Shown here: one piece after another, positions 8,333 to 14,938 of the stretch | Position numbering within the stretch: the stretch's first letter is position 1 | How the letters are laid out: each line of letters begins with the position of its first letter | IMG/VR virus record: IMGVR_UViG_3300010262_000280 | Length of the DNA stretch: 20,000 nucleotides | Reading direction: 5' to 3' (one strand) | Source: an uncultured virus (IMG/VR IMGVR_UViG_3300010262_000280) | Taxonomy: Duplodnaviria > Heunggongvirae > Uroviricota > Caudoviricetes | Position numbers and translations under genes: made by a program | The notes under the pieces: generated by a model | What the model was told of the DNA's origin: nothing | The model's input: the letters and a program-made list of their open reading frames with translations, nothing else | Databases searched by the model: none

Positions 8333-8896
8333 ATGGGAATAGAATTTTTTATGCCGATGAAGCCACCCACGGTGACGCACCAGGAAAAGAAATGGCGGGT
8401 GGTCAAGGGCAAGCCGGTACCCTACGAGCCGCCGGAGGTACGGGCGGCACGGTCGAAGCTGACAGCGCACCTGGCTGGACACAGGCCCGTGGAGCCCCTG
8501 GCCGGCGCGGTGCGGCTGCTGGTGAAGTGGTGCTTCCCCCGTGGGCAGCATGAAGACGGTGAGTACCGGACCACCAGGCCGGACACGGACAACCTCCAAA
8601 AGCTTCTGAAGGACTGCATGACCGCTGTGGGGTTCTGGAGGGATGACGCCCAGGTTTCCAGCGAGATTGTGGAAAAGTTTTGGGCTGAGGTGCCGGGGAT
8701 ATACGTCTGCATGGAACAGATCAATGCAAGGGAAAATTGCCAAGCGATTGCGAATTTGGAGGTGCTGACATGCGCGGGGTGCGCAGAAGACGGGAAATGG
8801 GAGTGGGAGTACCAAAATGGGGCCGAGTGTCCTTGCACATACTGCAAAAGACGGGCAGCAGATTGCTACCACCGCCCGCCGGAGGGAGAAGCATGA
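8333..8896 (+). CDS. rusA: RusA-family Holliday junction resolvase with a Cys-rich C-terminal extension
   Basis: RPDTDNLQK..D and WRDDAQV catalytic motifs, GAGGT RBS. Confidence 0.9.
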   Translation: MGIEFFMPMKPPTVTHQEKKWRVVKGKPVPYEPPEVRAARSKLTAHLAGHRPVEPLAGAVRLLVKWCFPRGQHEDGEYRTTRPDTDNLQKLLKDCMTAVGFWRDDAQVSSEIVEKFWAEVPGIYVCMEQINARENCQAIANLEVLTCAGCAEDGKWEWEYQNGAECPCTYCKRRAADCYHRPPEGEA

Positions 8897-9114
8897 GACA
8901 CAAATACACAGCCCAGGAGCTGGACTCCATCACCCAGGAGACCGCAATCTACATTGAGGGTGCAGGGATAGCCCAGATCCAATGGGGCGGCCTGGAGATT
9001 GCAGAGGGGTGCAGGGATGGATACCTCTACTGCAAGCACATCAAGCCGTTTAGCCTAGATCTGTACGGCCAATACTGGACGGCCTTTGATGGGCCGCCGG
9101 AGGAGGGAAAGTGA
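8893..9114 (+). CDS. Hypothetical phage protein (73 aa, MRHKYT...GPPEEGK)
   Basis: GGAGGGAG RBS and ATGA overlap with the rusA stop put the start at 8893 rather than 8737. Confidence 0.75.
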   Translation: MRHKYTAQELDSITQETAIYIEGAGIAQIQWGGLEIAEGCRDGYLYCKHIKPFSLDLYGQYWTAFDGPPEEGK

Positions 9115-9410
9115 TGGACATTGAGAAGCTGATTGAGCGGTTGCGCACCGACAGCCTATATGCTGATAAGGCGACACTGGAAATCATGGACTTGTGCATG
9201 GAGGCGGCTGACGCCCTCTCCACGCTCCAGGCCGAAAACGCCAGCCTGCGGAAAGAGCGGGATGCGGCTGTGGAAGATGTCTTGGATGCCGCCATTACGC
9301 CTTGTTCGTACTGCAAACATGGCCCGATTAACGGCGGAATTTGCGATATGGACAACGATAACCACGAAATGTTTTCGTGTTGGGAGTGGCGCGGCCCGGA
9401 GGAGGGGTGA
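9114..9410 (+). CDS. Hypothetical phage protein: coiled coil plus CxxC..C..CWEWRG putative Zn-binding tail
   Basis: GGAGGAGG RBS, start at GTG 9111 or ATG 9114. Contains EAADALSTLQAEN..ERDAAVED and PCSYCKH...C...CWEWRG. Confidence 0.75.
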   Translation: MDIEKLIERLRTDSLYADKATLEIMDLCMEAADALSTLQAENASLRKERDAAVEDVLDAAITPCSYCKHGPINGGICDMDNDNHEMFSCWEWRGPEEG

Positions 9411-9412
9411 GC

Positions 9413-9781
9413 ATGGAGAGACTGACATACTGGTGTGACAATGGGCATGGTGGTGGAAAATGGTTTGTAGCTATCGATGCCGAAGGAGGAGAAGATTACG
9501 GTCCGCACGTTGACCGCCTCGCAGCCTATGAGGGGACTGGCTTGGAGCCAGGGGAAATCGAACAACTTAAGGGTGAGGTTTTCGGCCTAAGATTGGACAA
9601 GCAAGAGTTAGAGCAATATCGTGCTCTCGGCCCCATTGACCGCCTCCGCGAACTGGACCAAGCGCACAAGGAAAATCGGGTATTGCCCGAGGGAAGTGGC
9701 TGGTTTGTTACATGTAGCGGGAAGAAGTTGACGGTTGTCATGGACATTGAGGCCGCACTACGGAGGGAGCAGGATGGCTGA
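9413..9781 (+). CDS. Hypothetical phage protein (MERLT...RLAAYE.TGLEP.EI type)
   Basis: GGAGGAGGGGTGA RBS before ATG 9413. The motif pattern is common in Clostridia prophage accessory genes. Confidence 0.75.
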   Translation: MERLTYWCDNGHGGGKWFVAIDAEGGEDYGPHVDRLAAYEGTGLEPGEIEQLKGEVFGLRLDKQELEQYRALGPIDRLRELDQAHKENRVLPEGSGWFVTCSGKKLTVVMDIEAALRREQDG

Positions 9782-9908
9782 TATTCTTACAATTATAGCC
9801 GCTGTGGAGTGGATGGCGCTTGTCCTGTGGAAGCTCAAGGGGTGGAATCGAAAGATGGAAGAGTTATACGAAGACATGAAGAAACAGTGGGAGGCCGAGC
9901 ATGAGTAG
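9774..9908 (+). CDS. Small 44-aa putative membrane protein (MADILTIIAAVEWMALVLWKLKGWNRKMEELYEDMKKQWEAEHE), below the ORF-track cutoff
   Basis: GGAGGGAG RBS, overlaps both neighbours by 8 nt and fills the gap exactly, hydrophobic N-terminus followed by a charged tail. Confidence 0.7.
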   Translation: MADILTIIAAVEWMALVLWKLKGWNRKMEELYEDMKKQWEAEHE

Positions 9909-10188
9909 ACCCAAATATCCGTGGTGGGGCTATGTCCGGGAGATCCTTAGGCGGTACCCTGACTACACAACAGAAGCCGAAGCCGCGGCGGTTACATCTG
10001 CGATAGCACAGACGGGGCAGATGCCAGAGGGGCAAAGCCGTCTTGCCGTGATCGGCATGGTGTTTTTCCGCAAGACCCACACACTTCAGGGAGCGGCGCT
10101 AGAGGTGCCATGCGGGTACGAGACCGCGAAGCGGTGGCAACGGTCATTCCTGATGCTGGTAGCGCAGAAACGCGGGTTACTGGACTAA
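9901..10188 (+). CDS. Putative late-gene transcriptional activator (RinA/ArpU-like position, C-terminal HTH)
   Basis: Last gene before the packaging module. C-terminal TLQGAALEVPCGYETAKRWQRSF resembles a sigma region-4-like HTH. GGAGG RBS. Confidence 0.65.
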   Translation: MSRPKYPWWGYVREILRRYPDYTTEAEAAAVTSAIAQTGQMPEGQSRLAVIGMVFFRKTHTLQGAALEVPCGYETAKRWQRSFLMLVAQKRGLLD

Positions 10189-10225
10189 AAGAATAACCAC
10201 AAAAGCCAAACACCTGATGTAGGAT

Positions 10226-10263
10226 GGAGGCATGGAGGTGTATGCCTCTGCGCCTCCTTTTCT
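10226..10263 (+). terminator. Terminator-like hairpin after the activator gene
   Basis: ggaggc-atg-gaggt-gtat-gcctc-tgc-gcctcc followed by TTTTCT. Confidence 0.5.
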
Positions 10264-10301
10264 ACCGCCCGGCACCGAGGCGGGTAATATCGGGCCTATA
10301 T

Positions 10302-10362
10302 GCCGCCGGTCGGACACCACCCCACTATTCGGGGCATGAGGGGTCGCACCCCTCTGGCGACT
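10302..10362 (+). ncRNA. tRNA-like element 1 (61 nt, reduced D-arm, non-canonical)
   Basis: Acceptor GCCGCCG/TGGCGAC (6 of 7 pairs), mini hairpin GGT-CGGAC-ACC, anticodon-like arm CCCC-ACTATTC-GGGG, T-arm GAGGG-GTCGCAC-CCCTC. Confidence 0.5.
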
Positions 10363-10367
10363 TATAT

Positions 10368-10424
10368 GCTGAGTATGGACAATACTGTGGACGTGTGGCG
10401 GCTCACTACCGCCTCCCAGCTCCA
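10368..10424 (+). ncRNA. tRNA-like element 2 (57 nt, ends in encoded CCA)
   Basis: 5' GCTGAGT vs 3' TCCCAGC (5 of 7 pairs) followed by T-CCA, T-arm GGCGG-CTCACTA-CCGCC, hairpin AGTAT-GGACA-ATACT. Confidence 0.5.
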
Positions 10425-10454
10425 CGAAGATGAGTGTGAAAGGGTGAAGGTGCT

Positions 10455-10904
10455 GTGCTGAAGTCTTGTCCATATTGCGGGATGATTCATTCGGCTGGTT
10501 TTATTTGCCCTAAAAAGCCAGAGCGGGGTAAGAAACGGTCGAGCAAGGCGGATCACTTCCGGAAGAGTTGGGCCTGGCAGCGCAAGCGCATCCAGATCCT
10601 GAAGAGGGATTTTTACCTTTGCCGTGCGTGCAATGCGGGAGGATACGGAGTGCTTGGGGTGCCTGGGGTAAACCAGGACCTATCGGTTCACCACATCGAG
10701 CCGCTGGAGGAGCGGTTCGACTTGAGGCTGGAGAATGACAATTTGGTCACCTGCTGTTCGCGTCATCATGAGATGGCAGAAGCAGGGAAGATACCGCGGG
10801 AGTACCTGCATGCGCTGGCCCAGGTATCCCCCCGGTGGGGGGCCATTACATGGGGCGGCTCGTGTCAAGACCAACTGCGGCCCCCTGGGCACAAGGAAGT
10901 TTAG
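10455..10904 (+). CDS. Terminase-associated HNH endonuclease
   Basis: N-terminal CPYCG..H..C, WQRKR..ILKRDFYLCRAC, VHHIEPL, NLVTCCSRHH. GTG start with GAAGGTG RBS. Directly upstream of TerS. Confidence 0.9.
   Translation: MLKSCPYCGMIHSAGFICPKKPERGKKRSSKADHFRKSWAWQRKRIQILKRDFYLCRACNAGGYGVLGVPGVNQDLSVHHIEPLEERFDLRLENDNLVTCCSRHHEMAEAGKIPREYLHALAQVSPRWGAITWGGSCQDQLRPPGHKEV
10828..10890. other. Candidate cos packaging region
   Basis: CCCCCC-GGT-GGGGGG palindrome and GACCAACTGCGGCCCCCT just upstream of TerS, where HNH-associated cos phages usually have their cos site. The cut site cannot be determined. Confidence 0.35.
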
Positions 10905-10936
10905 AAATGAGATTTTAGGGGGAGGGAGTGCGCCAG

Positions 10937-11398
10937 ATGGGGGGAAGGCCCGCAAAATCGGTGAAAGTGAAGACCGGGGCGATCGCCAGCAATGACGCGG
11001 CGGTCCGCACGTCTGTAGAGGACAAGCTGCGCGGGGAGGCGGTGAAGCCGGAGCCCCCGGCTGGGCTCACCGCCGGTCAGGCGGAGATTTTCCGGTTTAT
11101 CGTGGACGGCCTGGCTGCCGGAGAGATCCTAGGCCGGATGGATGTGTTCGCGATGGAGAGCACGGCCGTTGCCGTGGACCGGCTGCGGACGATCAACGGC
11201 ATGATCGACGAGGACCCGGGTCTGCTGCTTAACAGCGCATTGCAGAGCAGTCGGGCGAAGTATCAGAGCGATCTGTGGCGGGGGTGCAGCGAACTGTGCC
11301 TGTCGCCGCAGGCCAGGGCAAAGCTGGGCGGCCTGGCCGCGCAAAAGGCGAAGGAGAGTAGGGACCCCCTGGTGGAGGCCCTGGGGGCCGATGATTGA
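10937..11398 (+). CDS. terS: Terminase small subunit (P27-like)
   Basis: MGGRPAK start, PPAGL..E.F, ELCLSPQARAKL. RBS spacing favours ATG 10937. Overlaps TerL. Confidence 0.88.
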   Translation: MGGRPAKSVKVKTGAIASNDAAVRTSVEDKLRGEAVKPEPPAGLTAGQAEIFRFIVDGLAAGEILGRMDVFAMESTAVAVDRLRTINGMIDEDPGLLLNSALQSSRAKYQSDLWRGCSELCLSPQARAKLGGLAAQKAKESRDPLVEALGADD

Positions 11399-13064
11399 AT
11401 CGAGCCGCGCTTATCAGTACGCCAAGTGGTGCACACAACGGAGCAACCAGAAGGTCGGCCGGTATGTGAAGCTCCAGGCGAAAGCTTGGCTGAAGATTGC
11501 CGACGGGAAGCACAAGGAGGCATACGTCAGCGAGCCGGCGTACCGGAAGATCTGCCGTCTGCTCGGCCTGATGGTCCATCCAGACCTGCACTGCACCATG
11601 GACAAGGGCCTGGAGGACTATGCCTGGTTCCTGATCGTAGCGGTGTTCTGTACGCTTCGCCGGGAGGACGACAGGCGGTTCTATGAGACGGCGCTGTTGG
11701 AGATCGCCAGAAAGAACTTCAAGACCTTCAACAGCGCGGTGATCTTTATCATCGGGCTGCTGACGGAGCCCCGCTTCTCCCGGTTCTTCTCCGTGGCGCC
11801 GGATTACAAACTGTCCTCGGAGCTGCGGCTGGCGGTACGGAAGATCATCAAGGTTTCGCCGGCGCTGGTGAAGCACTTCAAGGTCACGAGGGACATGATC
11901 ACCTGCCTGGTCACAGAGACCGAATACATGCCCCTGGCGTACTCAAACGACGGCATGGATGGACGCCTGGCCAATATCTTTCTGGCGGATGAGGCGGGCG
12001 CGCTGGACAGCTACCCGGTGGAGGCTATGCGGTCCTCCCAGATCACGCTGGCCAATAAGCTGGGTATCATCATCTCCACCCAGTACCCGAACGACAACAA
12101 CGTCCTCACCGACGAGATCGATATCGCCAAAAAGGTCCTGGACCGGGTCCTGGACAGGGAGAACGTGTTTTCCCTGCTCTACGAGCCGGATGACGCCCTC
12201 CGGAAGCAGTGGGAGACCAACGACCTGGTTCTCTACCAGGCGAACCCCGTCGCGGTCAACAATGCCGGGGTACTCCGGGCCATCAAGGACCTGCGCTCCA
12301 TGGCGGTCCTGTATGAGAACAAGCGGGAAAACTTCCTGTGTAAGCACTGCAACATCATGTACAAGGGCCTGGGTGTGGAGGGCTACATCGATACACAGAA
12401 GGTCATGCAGTGCCGGCGGCGGGAGGATCTCAGCTTCTGGAGCGGTCGGCGGGTCTGGGTGGGCCTGGATCTGGCGCAGTCTGACGATAACACAGCCGTA
12501 TCCATGGTCACGGTCGAGGGCGACATGCTTTACGCTAAGGCATGGGGCTTTATCCCGTCTGGGCGGACCGAGATCAAGGCCACGAAAGAGGACGTGGACT
12601 ACAAGAGGCTGATCACTGCTGGAAACTGCTTTGCCTGCGGGGATGAGGTTATCGACTACGGCTTTGTGGAACGGTTCATCCTATCGCTGCAGGAGAAGTA
12701 CGGGGTGGAGATCGTGCAGGTGGGGTACGACCGGTACAACGCCATCTCCACGGTGCAAAAGCTGGAGGCGGCGGGGATCGAGTGTGTCGAGGTCAAGCAG
12801 CACTCCTCCGTGCTCCACGCCCCGACGAAGCTGCTGCGGGAGAAAGTGCTCCAAAGGCAGTTCCAATACGATGAAAACCGGCTTCTGGAAATAAATTTTC
12901 AGAATGCCAGATGTACAGAAGACACAAACCTGAACAAATACGTAAACAAAAAACGGTCGGCGGGCAAGGTTGATATGGTCATGGCCACCATCGACGCCGT
13001 GTATTTGGTTCAGGTTGATCTGCTGACGAATGCTCAGATGAGCTGGGGCATCCAGGTATTGTGA
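11391..13064 (+). CDS. terL: Terminase large subunit
   Basis: Walker A-like IARKNFKT, Walker B FLADE, IIST, QANP, nuclease motifs GLDLA, YDRYNA and KVDMVMA. Confidence 0.95.
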   Translation: MIESSRAYQYAKWCTQRSNQKVGRYVKLQAKAWLKIADGKHKEAYVSEPAYRKICRLLGLMVHPDLHCTMDKGLEDYAWFLIVAVFCTLRREDDRRFYETALLEIARKNFKTFNSAVIFIIGLLTEPRFSRFFSVAPDYKLSSELRLAVRKIIKVSPALVKHFKVTRDMITCLVTETEYMPLAYSNDGMDGRLANIFLADEAGALDSYPVEAMRSSQITLANKLGIIISTQYPNDNNVLTDEIDIAKKVLDRVLDRENVFSLLYEPDDALRKQWETNDLVLYQANPVAVNNAGVLRAIKDLRSMAVLYENKRENFLCKHCNIMYKGLGVEGYIDTQKVMQCRRREDLSFWSGRRVWVGLDLAQSDDNTAVSMVTVEGDMLYAKAWGFIPSGRTEIKATKEDVDYKRLITAGNCFACGDEVIDYGFVERFILSLQEKYGVEIVQVGYDRYNAISTVQKLEAAGIECVEVKQHSSVLHAPTKLLREKVLQRQFQYDENRLLEINFQNARCTEDTNLNKYVNKKRSAGKVDMVMATIDAVYLVQVDLLTNAQMSWGIQVL

Positions 13065-13078
13065 GGAGGTGACAGGCC

Positions 13079-14317
13079 ATAGGCTTTTGGAGTTTGCTAA
13101 GGGGGAGAGAGGAACGGAGGGTGGTCCAGGAAACGGTTCTGAACGAGGCGCAGATGGACACGGCGCTGCGGGCAATTTTAGGCGGCACCAAGGTTACCGT
13201 AAAAAATGTGCTGAACATCCCGGCAGTCAGCAGTAGCGTGGGATTTATTGCAGGGACCATCGCCTCACTGCCTATCCGGCTCTACCGGACGGAGGGCGGG
13301 AACTCCGTGGAGGTTACGGGCGATTACCGCCTCCGGCTCCTGAACGAGGAGACCGGTGACTTACTGGATGCTTTTCAGTGGAAATGTACGCTCGTGCGGG
13401 ACTACCTGCTCACCGGGAACGGATACACCTATGTCAACTGGGCCGGAAACCGCATCGACGGCCTGTACTATGTTGACCCTATGCAGGTGAGCGTGGAGAT
13501 AGGCGCAGACCCAATCTATAAGACCGCCAGGTTTTACATTGGAGGGGCACGCTACTTCTCTTGGCAGGTGTTCAGGATGCTTCGCAACACCAAGGACGGG
13601 GCCGTCGGCTGCGGGGTAGTGGAAGAAAGCCCCACACAGTTGGAAACGATGCTGAATACCCTGCGTTATGAGAACCACATGGTGCGTACGGGCGGGAAAA
13701 AGGGCTTCTTGAAAGCAAAAAACCGGCTGGCCACAGATGTGATCCAACAACTAAAAAACAGTTGGCGGAATTTGTACGGCAATGACTCAGAGGAATCCGT
13801 TGTGGTACTGAATGACGGCATAGAGTTCCAGGACGCCAGCCAGACTGCGGTGGAAAGTCAGCTCAACGAGAATAAAACCACCAATGATCACGAGATTTTT
13901 AAGATTTTCCACATTGTCCCCTCTGTTTTGGAGGGCGGCGCTACTGCCGAGGATCTGAAAAACACCGTCAGATTTGCGATTCAGCCAGTAGTCAAGGCTC
14001 TCCAGACGGCAATCAATCGATATTGTCTGCTGGAAAGCGAGAAGGAGGCATTTTCTTTTGAGATCGACCTGGATGTTTTGGACAACACGGACATGCTGTC
14101 CCGCTATCAGGCTTACGAGGTAGCCGTCAGGAACGGGTGGATGCAACTGGATGAGGTCAGATATGATGAGGGCCGGAATCCGCTGGGCCTGAAATTTATT
14201 CGCCTTGGATTGGATACCGTCATCTACGATCCGGAATCCAAAATGATCTATACGCCCAATACCAAGGAATGGGCAACCATTGAGCAGAAAGGAGGAGGTG
14301 AGCCGATTGCAGATTGA
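13079..14317 (+). CDS. HK97-family portal protein (probable ATA start at 13079; alternative TTG 13094)
   Basis: IPAVSS.V.FIAGTIASLPI, LLTGNGY, VLNDGIEF, GWMQLDEVR..EG.NP. GAGGAGGTG RBS 7 nt before the ATA. Confidence 0.92.
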   Translation: MGFWSLLRGREERRVVQETVLNEAQMDTALRAILGGTKVTVKNVLNIPAVSSSVGFIAGTIASLPIRLYRTEGGNSVEVTGDYRLRLLNEETGDLLDAFQWKCTLVRDYLLTGNGYTYVNWAGNRIDGLYYVDPMQVSVEIGADPIYKTARFYIGGARYFSWQVFRMLRNTKDGAVGCGVVEESPTQLETMLNTLRYENHMVRTGGKKGFLKAKNRLATDVIQQLKNSWRNLYGNDSEESVVVLNDGIEFQDASQTAVESQLNENKTTNDHEIFKIFHIVPSVLEGGATAEDLKNTVRFAIQPVVKALQTAINRYCLLESEKEAFSFEIDLDVLDNTDMLSRYQAYEVAVRNGWMQLDEVRYDEGRNPLGLKFIRLGLDTVIYDPESKMIYTPNTKEWATIEQKGGGEPIAD

Positions 14318-14936
14318 GATTCGGGCAGACAAGAAGAGCATGGCAGTCCGGGGCTATGTCAATGTAGTTGGGCGGGACTCCCGGGTACTCCACGACAAAA
14401 CCGGGCCGTATGTGGAGCAGATCATGCCCGGCGCCTTCGCCAAAGCACTGGTCGCCAACAGCAATGTGGAGCTCCGTTTCAACCACCGGAAGGTTCTGGA
14501 CAATGAGGACATGGAGCTCCGGGAGGACAACATCGGCCTGAAGGCCAGCGTGGTCGTGACCGACAACGATGTCATCGCTGCAGCCGAACGCAAGGAACTG
14601 CGCGGCTGGTCCTTCGGTTTCGTAAAACAGAAGGATCACTGGAAGACCGATGAGGATGGTACCAGGCACCGGTTCGTGGATGAACTGGAGCTGCGGGAGA
14701 TATCCATCCTGGATAAGACGCCGGCCTATATCGCCACCAGCATTGAGACCCGGGGGGAAGAGGAAATCCTGGTGGAGTTCCGGGCTGATCAGCCGCTGGA
14801 GGACGGGGTGGATTACATCCGGCAGACGGAGACCACCACGGAAACCAAGACCACGACACTGACCCCGGGCGATGAGAGCACCATGTTCTGCGCCCAGAAG
14901 ACCATCGAAATCTATAAGCTGAAAAGGAGAATGTGA
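14307..14936 (+). CDS. HK97-family prohead protease
   Basis: VRGYV, EQIMPGAF, FNH, LREDNIGL, GWSFGF, LREISI..PAY. TTG start after GGAGGAGGTG. Confidence 0.9.
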   Translation: MQIEIRADKKSMAVRGYVNVVGRDSRVLHDKTGPYVEQIMPGAFAKALVANSNVELRFNHRKVLDNEDMELREDNIGLKASVVVTDNDVIAAAERKELRGWSFGFVKQKDHWKTDEDGTRHRFVDELELREISILDKTPAYIATSIETRGEEEILVEFRADQPLEDGVDYIRQTETTTETKTTTLTPGDESTMFCAQKTIEIYKLKRRM

Positions 14937-14938
14937 TT

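Noticed and set aside
7760..8872. 370-aa minus-strand ORF crossing the origin-like repeats
   Set aside because: Its Phe/Pro/Lys-rich middle is just the translated repeats, and it overlaps the primase and rusA antisense.
8780..9410. DGR template/variable repeat pair between the two Cys-rich segments
   Set aside because: Only short patches match, in different order, the mismatches are not adenine-specific, and there is no reverse transcriptase in the window.
10261..10424. HDV-like (theta) ribozyme next to the tRNA-like elements
   Set aside because: I could not thread the nested P1/P2/P3/P1.1 topology by eye; only a simple H-type pseudoknot fits. A descriptor search (RNArobo) would settle it.
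10224..10433. 69-aa plus-strand ORF in the late leader
   Set aside because: No clear RBS before its start and no motif; the region is better explained by RNA structures. Not fully excluded.
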